Below, in pieces: positions 17,761 through 26,463 of a stretch of DNA of 46,242 nucleotides (the first letter of the stretch is position 1; the number at the start of each line of letters is the position of its first letter). Both the position numbers and the translations under genes were made by a program. Origin of the DNA: a virus (Duplodnaviria > Caudoviricetes); IMG/VR virus record IMGVR_UViG_3300031260_000055, positions 1 to 46,242 of that record; one strand, 5' to 3'. The notes beneath the pieces were generated by a model. That model did no database searches, was not told the origin of the DNA, and saw only the letters and a list, made by a program, of their open reading frames with translations.

Positions 17761-18084
17761 TTAGACCTCTACCCGGTATATTCTCTTTGGGTGTCGTTGT
17801 CCTACATCCTTTAACTCAATTAAAGTAATTGTAACTACCATTCCTTCTTTTAATTGAGGGATGTATTCCTGTAAATCAATATGGGTTGGTGTTTCCCATA
17901 TTGCATCGTCTGATGTACGGATAGCCATCACTTTACCGTTATTTTTGACTTCTCCGGTGTCTTCTTCGGTCCACATCTTGTCATATATTTTAACTATTAC
18001 GCCGCTTAATTGCTCATTAAGGGTTTGAGGTTTCCAATAATTCTTATCTAATCTGTCTTCATCTCTTTTTTGTAATATAGCCAT
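17761..18084 (-). CDS. Putative OB-fold ssDNA-binding protein
   Basis: YWKP...LSGVIV...LKEGMVVTITL...IYRV beta pattern; replication context. Confidence 0.55.
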   Translation of the reverse strand: MAILQKRDEDRLDKNYWKPQTLNEQLSGVIVKIYDKMWTEEDTGEVKNNGKVMAIRTSDDAIWETPTHIDLQEYIPQLKEGMVVTITLIELKDVGQRHPKRIYRVEV

Positions 18085-18099
18085 GTTTTCACCTTTTTT

Positions 18100-18798
18100 T
18101 TAGTATTTTCCTAATAAATCCCCTTCCGGGTCATGTTCGACTGCTTCTTCTCCATCCTCTTTGGATTCTCCACCTAATTTTTTAAGTTTTTTCAAATATT
18201 CGGACTCATAAAGCCCGGTTTTATTTTTATCCTCTCCCTCGGTTTCTGTTAAATTACCGTCCTTAAATAGGTTCCATGGTGGAATACCGGCCCTTTCATG
18301 TAGCTTTTCAAGTCTTTTAACATGAGCTAGCCATCTTTGGCATGTTCCTAACCATTCCCTTTTTAATTTAGTTTTAGCGGCAATGTAACCCTTCTTGTCA
18401 TCAACTAATAATTTACCTAGTTTTACGCCGTTCTGCTCTTCTAGTTCTTTCTTAACCTTAGACCAATCCGTGGACATCCTTAAATCGTATTCTAGTTCTT
18501 CTAAGGCACTTTGAGCTTCGGCCACATGGCGTTCAGCCAGTAGTATATCTTTGCTTATTTCGCTTCTTTTGCTTATTTCATCGGGGTCTAAGCCTTTACG
18601 GTCTGCATCGTAAAGGAATAGGACTAATTCAAATCTGTCCATGTTGTTATGGTCTTTTCCGGCGTATTGTTGGTTCAATGTACTCCAAATTGGTTCATAG
18701 TTAAGTAATGCCAGTTCATTTAATTTTATGAGTAGTTCTGACTCATTGGCTCCTTTTAAACACTTAAACGGTGTTCTTTCTTTAGCTAATTCTGCCAT
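18100..18798 (-). CDS. Hypothetical protein
   Basis: Intact 232-aa ORF with SD. Confidence 0.7.
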   Translation of the reverse strand: MAELAKERTPFKCLKGANESELLIKLNELALLNYEPIWSTLNQQYAGKDHNNMDRFELVLFLYDADRKGLDPDEISKRSEISKDILLAERHVAEAQSALEELEYDLRMSTDWSKVKKELEEQNGVKLGKLLVDDKKGYIAAKTKLKREWLGTCQRWLAHVKRLEKLHERAGIPPWNLFKDGNLTETEGEDKNKTGLYESEYLKKLKKLGGESKEDGEEAVEHDPEGDLLGKY

Positions 18799-18801
18799 TT
18801 A

Positions 18802-18981
18802 TCATCCCTCTAATTTTTCTTCTTTTAATTCCATTTTAATATTGGGAGATAACTTATTAACCAGATTTAAAAGTTTTACAAGTTTATCTTTGCTTAAATG
18901 GATAGATATACTGCAATTTATCGGAGATTCGGAATTGAAACCAATAAATGTACTGATTTCAATTTTAACCTCATAAATCAT
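18802..18981 (-). CDS. Small hypothetical protein (59 aa, not in track)
   Basis: MIYEVKIEISTFIGF...; fills the operon gap, GGAGTGA SD. Confidence 0.55.
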   Translation of the reverse strand: MIYEVKIEISTFIGFNSESPINCSISIHLSKDKLVKLLNLVNKLSPNIKMELKEEKLEG

Positions 18982-18987
18982 GGTTAT

Positions 18988-19377
18988 TCACTCCTTATCT
19001 TCATCTTCTGGTTTATTTAAACTTCTTAGTTCTCCGCAGTTTTCGCAATGTAACAACCCTTTAGTTTCTTTCATTTGCATTCCACACTCTGGACATTCAT
19101 CCCCTCCTTTTTGTTTTGTTTCAATAACCTCTATACTGCCTCTAACAAATGGAACAGGAGTTAATTCTACTAATCGGTTGTAAGTGTATGTGTTTAGTAA
19201 TAAGCGGGGTTTTCCTTCCATTGAAAACAATAACATGTATAATTTAGGGTTATATGCTCCAAGGCCGCTTAATATTGTATTAACTAGTTCTTCAAGGTGA
19301 GCATTGCTATCTGGCATTAAAAGTATCTGGTCCTGCCCCACTTTAATTTTACTAACTTTAGCTTCAAGAATATCCAT
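18988..19377 (-). CDS. Protein with C-terminal Zn ribbon
   Basis: CPECG...CENCG. Confidence 0.7.
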   Translation of the reverse strand: MDILEAKVSKIKVGQDQILLMPDSNAHLEELVNTILSGLGAYNPKLYMLLFSMEGKPRLLLNTYTYNRLVELTPVPFVRGSIEVIETKQKGGDECPECGMQMKETKGLLHCENCGELRSLNKPEDEDKE

Positions 19378-19560
19378 TTAAATTACCTCTACACTTGCGT
19401 TTGGCAGTTTAGGCTCTGTAAAACTGTATAGAATCCAGATTAAGGCTAAACAAATAATTATCCCTAAAATCAGCCACTTATACAGCTTTATCTTTTCATA
19501 TATCAAACTGCTGAAAGTTGGTTTTTGCTTATTTAAGCTTTTAATATTCTTATTTGACAT
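19378..19560 (-). CDS. Small single-TM membrane protein
   Basis: WLILGIIICLALIWILY. Confidence 0.6.
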   Translation of the reverse strand: MSNKNIKSLNKQKPTFSSLIYEKIKLYKWLILGIIICLALIWILYSFTEPKLPNASVEVI

Positions 19561-19591
19561 GCAATCCCTTCTCTCCCTTACTTAATTCCTG

Positions 19592-19759
19592 TTAGCTTAA
19601 TAAATCAAGGCCCTCCAGGTATCTTTCTAAATCTGCTATTCCAATACTGTTATTTTCTAGCTGCTGAACCTTTCTTTCAAGCCTATTTATCTTCATAGTC
19701 AGTCTTTTATTATTTCTTTGGAGTTTATTGACTAGAATCATTAGGCATTTCTCCTCCAT
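19592..19759 (-). CDS. Small coiled-coil protein, first gene of the early operon (55 aa, not in track)
   Basis: MEEKCLMILVNKLQRNNKRL...; AGGAGG SD. Confidence 0.55.
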   Translation of the reverse strand: MEEKCLMILVNKLQRNNKRLTMKINRLERKVQQLENNSIGIADLERYLEGLDLLS

Positions 19760-19781
19760 ACGGTGTCCTCCTTTTCAACTG

Positions 19782-19930
19782 TTCTCTCCCAGTTAGGGGG
19801 GAGAGAAGGGGAATAAAACAAGTATTCCCCTTTAAGGCCACTTAAAAGTAGCCTTATAGTATTATTTAGCTACCATAATATATATAATTTTTTATATTTT
19901 ATTTAATATCTTAATATAAATATTTAAATA
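19782..19930. promoter_or_regulatory. Divergent AT-rich promoter region with a three-hairpin 5' leader on the minus transcript
   Basis: TATA-like runs 19878-19930; hairpins 19782-19807, 19806-19832, 19833-19856. Confidence 0.55.
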
Positions 19931-19979
19931 GGATAAGAAGCAACATAATAATAGAAATACAAAAATAGGAGATAGAAAC

Positions 19980-20159
19980 TTGACAATAAAAACAAAAGTA
20001 ACCAAATTAGGCCCCTCTAAAATAATAGTAATACCACACGCACTCGCAGATGTAATGCACATAGAAAAGGGAGATACAATGGAATGGGATATTAAAATAG
20101 TGAATAATGAGCATGTTATAACCCTGATACACCATAAAAAGAAAAACCGCACTAAATAA
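19980..20159 (+). CDS. AbrB/MazE/SpoVT-family transcription regulator (59 aa, not in track)
   Basis: TKVTKLGPSKIIVIPHALADVMHIEKGDTMEW; TTG start after AGGAG. Confidence 0.8.
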   Translation: MTIKTKVTKLGPSKIIVIPHALADVMHIEKGDTMEWDIKIVNNEHVITLIHHKKKNRTK

Positions 20160-20386
20160 ATACTGATGTATTTCTTGCCTATTTTTAACCCACTTAATAG
20201 GGATGGCTTCCCATACTTTATAGGCAAAAATGCCAAGCACCATTTAAAATAGGGTAACTGCCATATTTTAAGCAAAGTGCCTAGGGTAACTATAATTTTC
20301 CGGTTAGCAAATGGCAAGATTCAGCAACCCCCGCTTAGTGGAAAATCCTAAAAATTAGATCTACACCATAAAAAAAATAAAGGGAA

Positions 20387-21169
20387 TCAAGGCTTATAAA
20401 AGAGCATAACGCTTTTCTGACCAGAAACAGCAGCTATGGCCGTGGATATTTGACTGAAAGTGAAAGTCTTTAAGCCTTTAGTCGGATCGGCAATGGTTAT
20501 TAACTGTTTACTTAGATTTATTGCAGTCACGAAAACATAATGCCCATAATCGTTCGTCCATACAGCGGCCCCTTTATAATCTGTTTTTAAAGTTCCAGTC
20601 CTTATATGGAGTATTATTTCACGATTAGCCTGTAATTTAGCAACCATCCCATTAAAGCCTATATCGGACAGATAATGCTCTGCTGTAAGCAAACTAGGCA
20701 CTAAAGCCTTCATAGCACTATATAACTGCTGATGACTAGTTCCTGCCGCAGTTGTTCCTGCTAATTGTGCAATCCGGGCCTCATCAAAGCTTAAACCCAT
20801 AGCGGAGAATACCATTTGTGCCGATGATGGTCCACAAGTATATCCGGTATCCTGGTAGTCCTGTTTGTATAGTCCAGTTGTAACCCATCCATCACCCGGT
20901 GGAGTTGGGTCTATTACAACTGGTTCCGCGTCATCTAACGGAATTACATAAACTCCTTCCGGAATATCCTGTTTTTCCTTAACATACGCAGCTACACGGA
21001 TTAATCCTTCAATATAACCATAATCGCCATTTGGTGGTATGTGTTCTTCTTTTCCGTTTACAATAACTGCTATATATGCCGGCAATTTCTTATTTCTAAC
21101 TTCAAAAAGGTGAGCATCAACCATTTTCTTAAAAAACTGGTCAATGTCAACTAGAATCTTATTAGCCAT
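20387..21169 (-). CDS. Endolysin: pseudomurein-binding-repeat-like N-terminus + C39 Cys peptidase (PeiR-like)
   Basis: QDTGYTCGPSS (Q/C), GHYV (H), IADP (D); N-terminal FKKMVDAHLFEVRNKKLPAYI repeat-like segment. Confidence 0.8.
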   Translation of the reverse strand: MANKILVDIDQFFKKMVDAHLFEVRNKKLPAYIAVIVNGKEEHIPPNGDYGYIEGLIRVAAYVKEKQDIPEGVYVIPLDDAEPVVIDPTPPGDGWVTTGLYKQDYQDTGYTCGPSSAQMVFSAMGLSFDEARIAQLAGTTAAGTSHQQLYSAMKALVPSLLTAEHYLSDIGFNGMVAKLQANREIILHIRTGTLKTDYKGAAVWTNDYGHYVFVTAINLSKQLITIADPTKGLKTFTFSQISTAIAAVSGQKSVMLFYKP

Positions 21170-21182
21170 TAATTCATCCCCT

Positions 21183-21473
21183 TTAACCTAATAATGCGTA
21201 GATTAATTTTCCGCTAACATCACTACTTTTATACCTGAAATCGGAGCCAGATATGCTTTCATTGAATTTTTCGTTGGGAGCTAATACTATTTGTTTACCG
21301 GCAGCAGGGTTAGCATCTATACCGATAGTTATAGTTGTTGCACCGTTATTTACAAAATAAACCCTACGAAAAGGCTTAGTTGTTGTAACAGTTGTTAAAC
21401 TGGTTCCTATCCCGGTTAATCCATCCGCTCCTAGCATTTCATATAATTCTTTGGTCATGTTTTTAACCTCCAA
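21183..21473 (-). CDS. Small beta-rich protein (virion accessory?)
   Basis: Intact ORF in the tail/lysis operon. Confidence 0.6.
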   Translation of the reverse strand: MEVKNMTKELYEMLGADGLTGIGTSLTTVTTTKPFRRVYFVNNGATTITIGIDANPAAGKQIVLAPNEKFNESISGSDFRYKSSDVSGKLIYALLG

Positions 21474-21488
21474 ATATTCATTATTTTC

Positions 21489-21710
21489 CTATAAGAATGG
21501 TATTTTACGCTTTTCTAATTCTTCAGCAGACATAAACGGCCTAACTAATGCAACCTCCTCGCCATCAACCGTGACTTTCATTTCGGTTTCTTCTTTGGCT
21601 TCTAAAACTTTAACAACTAGTTCAGGGTCTTTAACAACTGCTTTAATCTTTTCTTCATCTTCCAAAATACTATCCGGGTCATTCTTTATTTCATCCCCAG
21701 TTATTTCCAT
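21489..21710 (-). CDS. Small acidic hypothetical protein
   Basis: GGAGGG SD; intact ORF. Confidence 0.6.
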   Translation of the reverse strand: MEITGDEIKNDPDSILEDEEKIKAVVKDPELVVKVLEAKEETEMKVTVDGEEVALVRPFMSAEELEKRKIPFL

Positions 21711-21727
21711 TTAATCCCTCCTTAAAC

Positions 21728-22522
21728 TTATAAAACTGTAATAATCGGGTAATATGTTAGGAAACAAAGAACATTAATGCTTCCACTCCAATTCGTCCCA
21801 TCCCTCCGCACCACATTAATTGTAAAAGTCCGGAAATCGCTTGAAATGCTACTAATAACTGGATAGTAATCATTAGCACCAAGAACAGTACACACTGGTA
21901 TTGTCCAAAGAGAATTATCATTATCTGGCAGGTTTACAGTTAAGGAACCTATATAACTACCACCCGCATTAACAACAGTATATATTTCCGGAAAACTCCT
22001 AGCCGGGGCAATAGCACCCTGTGAACTGTCAACTCCGTAAACATAGTTTGAATGCAAGGCCCAGACATCTATTGGGAGTATTTTAATGTAATCAACTGCC
22101 ACCCAATCCGTTTCAGCTAGTGTATGGTGAGATTTAATTTTAATCCTATATTCACAGTTTTCCGCGAAATACTTGAGTCCAACGCCGTTTCCAAACACAT
22201 TAGAGTAATAGGTATCATAAGCTATTTGATGGGTAGCTGCTAGGGCTTCAACACCGTTTTCATCCTTTCTCCAATACTCTACTGTTATTCCTGGTGTGCT
22301 ATCTGCTAAATCACTGAACCAACGAGTTGTCAGGGAGTGTAATCCACTATAAGCATTTTTAACACTCCACCCAGTATCCATAATGCTTTTATCAGGGCCA
22401 TATACCTTAGCAAACTCTCCCCCTCTTGCTTCCGGGTAAGGTATGATTTCGGCATCTTCACCGGGATTCAAAGCTGCGTTTATGGTATTAAATACATTTC
22501 TATGTATTCCCTCTGCTTCCAT
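21728..22522 (-). CDS. Minor tail/receptor-binding protein
   Basis: Beta-rich; position at the end of the tail module. Confidence 0.55.
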   Translation of the reverse strand: MEAEGIHRNVFNTINAALNPGEDAEIIPYPEARGGEFAKVYGPDKSIMDTGWSVKNAYSGLHSLTTRWFSDLADSTPGITVEYWRKDENGVEALAATHQIAYDTYYSNVFGNGVGLKYFAENCEYRIKIKSHHTLAETDWVAVDYIKILPIDVWALHSNYVYGVDSSQGAIAPARSFPEIYTVVNAGGSYIGSLTVNLPDNDNSLWTIPVCTVLGANDYYPVISSISSDFRTFTINVVRRDGTNWSGSINVLCFLTYYPIITVL

Positions 22523-22524
22523 TT

Positions 22525-24189
22525 TTAGACCACCTCATAAGCATATTCAAGGTTATTAAAGGTTATATTAATATTAGGGTCGCCTAATACCTTAACTCCA
22601 AGTCTTAATGCTGCATAAATGTCCACTCCATTATATCCAAGGTTAAATACTTCTCCTGTAACCATAGGCTCAGCATTAGTATTATAAGCAGTTCTCCCAT
22701 GTTCAGTAACTGTCAAATATCGTGGCCGTCTAAATCCATCATCATTAGCAAATAATATACTCATGGCCTCTTCCGTTGCACTATCAGGACTAACACCGGT
22801 AGTTATCGATTCTTCATTTTCCACCGTACCCTGTGCTGGCCGTGTCGCCATATATGGTAAGCATCTAACAAAATCATAGTAAGCTACAACCCCCGCCGGT
22901 GCTTCACGGCCACTAAAGCCAAGATACCCATTAGAAATAGGCCCTGCGTCAAAGCTTTCCAATATAAGGGTGGATTCATAGTAAACTCTAATTGTTAAGG
23001 TAGTGCCATTGTAAAAACAATCCACTTTATAATTGTGATAATTACCATCTAAGGTAATAGCGTAGTCATCAAGCCAAATCTGGCTTCCATTAACCATTTT
23101 ATATAAAGTGAACTTAGCGGGGGATACCCATCCAGCATATTGTAAATAATAACCGTTCTTTGGTAAATCATAAGCACCAGAAAGTAATCCATCCCAATTC
23201 CATGCCACCTCTATGTTTTCAGCCTTTTTACCCATAAATTCAAAAGTATGAGGACTAGAGCGTGAAGTTTTATTTTTCAGCCAAATTCGGTTGCTTCCGT
23301 CACTTGTTACTATTATCCCGCCACCAGTTTCTGCTATACTGCCTCCTCCACCGCTAATTATTTCCCATTTAGTAGAGTCTAGGCTATTATCGTTAAAATC
23401 ATCAGCAAAGGGAAATACGCTGTCTATATTGCTATGGAGGGTTGCTGCACTATTCCCATAGTACATAAATAATGATTTGGCACTATTACATGTAGGGTAG
23501 TTTATATAAAAGTCCGCTGTACTACCAGCAGTATAACTATACCTATAAATACAAAGTGGGGTTAGAGCATCGGGTAATGTAAATCTAACATCACTAAAAT
23601 CACTCTTCATACCTGAAACATAAGGAACAGTTATTTTTACTGGATAACTATCATAATAACTACTTCCTGCTGTTATAGCCAGACCTTTGCGTTTAAGCCA
23701 TCCATCCATCCAGCTCTTCATTAAAAGGATATTCTGGTAGTTTATCCAGGGCTTCGGTAAATTAACTTGAACTTTACCAGTTGCCGCCGTTCCGGGAGTC
23801 CTATTAAAAAAGGCGTCCCCACGGTTGTTTAAAAGGTCAAAGGTAATGTCTTCTGTTGTTGGGGTAGTTGTAATGTCCGTTATTGTTTGTTCAGCTAATA
23901 ATTCACTTTGTCCATTAGGCAAAATCCCTTCAAGGGTAATAACTGTTTTAAATTCATCTAATAATGCCGTGTCATAATACCTTGTCCAATTAAGCTTAAC
24001 TCTGTTCCATGCAAAATTATTAAGCAATGGAGGGGCAATAGTGTACTTAAAGCGGCCTTCTTGTGGCACCGGCACATACGGATCAGGAGAATACACCGCT
24101 CCTATTTGATCATTGTAAATAAACTTGTCATTATCAAGATCTGCCTGGACAAGCTGGGAACCGGTTATAATTTTAGTATTAACTACCAT
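22525..24189 (-). CDS. Tail adhesin with DUF2341 and lectin-like domains
   Basis: YPVKITV...DFSDVRFT...FMYYGN...VFPFADDF. Confidence 0.7.
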   Translation of the reverse strand: MVVNTKIITGSQLVQADLDNDKFIYNDQIGAVYSPDPYVPVPQEGRFKYTIAPPLLNNFAWNRVKLNWTRYYDTALLDEFKTVITLEGILPNGQSELLAEQTITDITTTPTTEDITFDLLNNRGDAFFNRTPGTAATGKVQVNLPKPWINYQNILLMKSWMDGWLKRKGLAITAGSSYYDSYPVKITVPYVSGMKSDFSDVRFTLPDALTPLCIYRYSYTAGSTADFYINYPTCNSAKSLFMYYGNSAATLHSNIDSVFPFADDFNDNSLDSTKWEIISGGGGSIAETGGGIIVTSDGSNRIWLKNKTSRSSPHTFEFMGKKAENIEVAWNWDGLLSGAYDLPKNGYYLQYAGWVSPAKFTLYKMVNGSQIWLDDYAITLDGNYHNYKVDCFYNGTTLTIRVYYESTLILESFDAGPISNGYLGFSGREAPAGVVAYYDFVRCLPYMATRPAQGTVENEESITTGVSPDSATEEAMSILFANDDGFRRPRYLTVTEHGRTAYNTNAEPMVTGEVFNLGYNGVDIYAALRLGVKVLGDPNINITFNNLEYAYEVV

Positions 24190-24191
24190 GT

Positions 24192-26459
24192 TTAATACGA
24201 CCTCCTTCCAAAAGCACCGACACTCAAGAAACCCATATTACCTAAAACTGCCCGATTATACATCATTTTACTATTTATCCCCGCATATTTCCTTAAATTA
24301 TTATTCAGCTTTTTATTTATGTATTCATAGTAACTTCCGGGCCGGTTTACGCTTATTCGTGTAATGTAGCCATCATCCCGGTTTATTGTATGAGTTACTG
24401 TTTTTGTGCTGTAATTCCCGCTTAAATAATAACCCGGTAAATGGCTTATAATGTATTGTGAAGGGTTTAATAGGGTTGTTCCTTTCATAACTAGTGTGAA
24501 ACTGGTAAGCGGGTAACTGTTCTTTTCAACTTGCCTTTTAACCTCAATATCGGCATCTGTTTGATTATTTATGTCCGTTGCGTCTTCGTAGGCCTCCCAC
24601 GGGCCGGGGCCATATCTGGCACTGCTATCTTTATTCTCGTATCTAGCCACCCCGGTTCTATCCTCATCTCCCTCGGTGTAGTGATAATGCATTAAACGGC
24701 GGTTTCGTATGGTTTCATAAGGGTCATAGGATTTATCAGTTACCTTTAACACATTAACGCCTTCCCTAGCAATTAAATTACTTGCTCGGTTAAATTCGGG
24801 GCCGACCATGAAAATATCCTCTCTTCTGGTGCGGCCGTAGTCAATCCAGCCAACATAACCCATCTTTTCAAGGATTTCCGTTATAACTTCGTAGGGATAA
24901 CTGGATTCCTGTTCAACTTTAAACTTACTGTTAATAGTTGATGGATAAGCCGTTAATCCTAATAAATGGATTACACTATTGCGTCTTGCGTCCATCTGGC
25001 TAACATCAACGGCGTCTATCAATTCAACCTTATACACATGGTATTCACTACTTGGGGCGTATTTATCAAAGGCAGCTTTAAGGTCAAACTTCGTAATCTG
25101 CTCCTTTCCGTTTAATACTGGTTTTTCTTGACCTATAAGGTTAGAAGTGGTCGCTTTACCCGTAAACATGATATTGTAAGTTTTTGCTTGAGCTAGGGTT
25201 TCTCCGGCCTTATACATGGTAACGGCAATATTAAACTGGATTCGTGTGTCTTGTCCGCAACTTTCACCACTCGCATAGTATTTAAGGGCTAAAATATTAT
25301 CCTTTACTGCATTAAACGGCCTATATGGACTATTCCATAAAATGGCATAATAATCTGTGTTTATAACAACATTACAGTAATCATAGCTTAAAGGAGTGTA
25401 TCCTAGCTTTAATCCAGTATTAGGACTGTAAGTTTTGTAAAATCCAGATACCACTACACTATTAAAGTCATCTGGCCTCCTGAAATCCAAATCAAGAGTG
25501 TAAGGGTATTCTATTCCATAATTAAGCGGCCCAAATTCGCAGGTTTCACTAGCATGCCGAATACATTCTAGACCAGAGCCGTATTGAACAACTGGGAAAG
25601 TGTAAGATTCATCCCCGACTGGTGCTATTCCAACTAAATAGTTTGTATATACTGGTTTCCGGTAAAAGTCCATCATCCGGTCCGCACCGTTCACTGTTAG
25701 CTGCGTTCCCTCATCGTTTTCACTTAATCCCAACACATAGCCCCCGAATTTAACTTTGGCATCGTAAGGGGTATTTCCAACAGTTATATTCAGAATATCT
25801 GTGAAATCAAATAATTTCCTACTATAAATGTTTAGATTAGGGTCATTCCACCGCTCACGGAGTGGGAGAGTAATAGTGGCACTATTAAGTTCCCCCATCG
25901 CGTTTTCAGTAAATTCTATATCTTGCCAGTCCAACCGGTAATGACTAGCCCGGCTTTCACTACTATAATGATCTAAGCGGTACATGAGTAGATGGTCCAC
26001 CCATGCGTCCAGTCCATCAAGTTCTATCTCAAACTCATGCCATCCTTCTGTTAAATCGTAATATCCAAAGTCTAAGTATTTATAATGCTCTAAATAGCCA
26101 GTTAAAGTATTTATCTGTCCCACTAACTCCCCATCAATATAGAGTTTCACATACTTATTACCGTTTATCGGTTGTCGTGAGGCCCGGATTAGCAACCAGA
26201 AGAGTCCACCCTTTTTAACATACTTTCTGGTAGTTAAGGTTGCGTTAGTTAAGCTCCTAGTCCCAGCTAACCCTACTAAAGTGGCTCCTAAGTGTTCTCG
26301 CTCATAGATTTGAGTACTGCTCCTATCCCAATCAGAACAAAACATTTGGTAGATGTTAGAGTGGTCTTTTGCCCAGATATCACATCTAACATAGGGATTT
26401 TCCGTATTTGTAACTATGGGAGTATTTATAAGTTTAGGCTGAAATTCAGCAGTTATCAT
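24192..26459 (-). CDS. Tail tip/baseplate hub-like protein
   Basis: Position after TMP and distal tail protein; C-terminal V.HTI..DGY.T.I hub pattern. Confidence 0.6.
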   Translation of the reverse strand: MITAEFQPKLINTPIVTNTENPYVRCDIWAKDHSNIYQMFCSDWDRSSTQIYEREHLGATLVGLAGTRSLTNATLTTRKYVKKGGLFWLLIRASRQPINGNKYVKLYIDGELVGQINTLTGYLEHYKYLDFGYYDLTEGWHEFEIELDGLDAWVDHLLMYRLDHYSSESRASHYRLDWQDIEFTENAMGELNSATITLPLRERWNDPNLNIYSRKLFDFTDILNITVGNTPYDAKVKFGGYVLGLSENDEGTQLTVNGADRMMDFYRKPVYTNYLVGIAPVGDESYTFPVVQYGSGLECIRHASETCEFGPLNYGIEYPYTLDLDFRRPDDFNSVVVSGFYKTYSPNTGLKLGYTPLSYDYCNVVINTDYYAILWNSPYRPFNAVKDNILALKYYASGESCGQDTRIQFNIAVTMYKAGETLAQAKTYNIMFTGKATTSNLIGQEKPVLNGKEQITKFDLKAAFDKYAPSSEYHVYKVELIDAVDVSQMDARRNSVIHLLGLTAYPSTINSKFKVEQESSYPYEVITEILEKMGYVGWIDYGRTRREDIFMVGPEFNRASNLIAREGVNVLKVTDKSYDPYETIRNRRLMHYHYTEGDEDRTGVARYENKDSSARYGPGPWEAYEDATDINNQTDADIEVKRQVEKNSYPLTSFTLVMKGTTLLNPSQYIISHLPGYYLSGNYSTKTVTHTINRDDGYITRISVNRPGSYYEYINKKLNNNLRKYAGINSKMMYNRAVLGNMGFLSVGAFGRRSY

Positions 26460-26463
26460 GCTT

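Noticed and set aside
19892-20317. Hydrophobic minus-strand ORFs as a holin beside the endolysin
   Set aside because: Antisense shadows of the A-rich AbrB gene, with no SD
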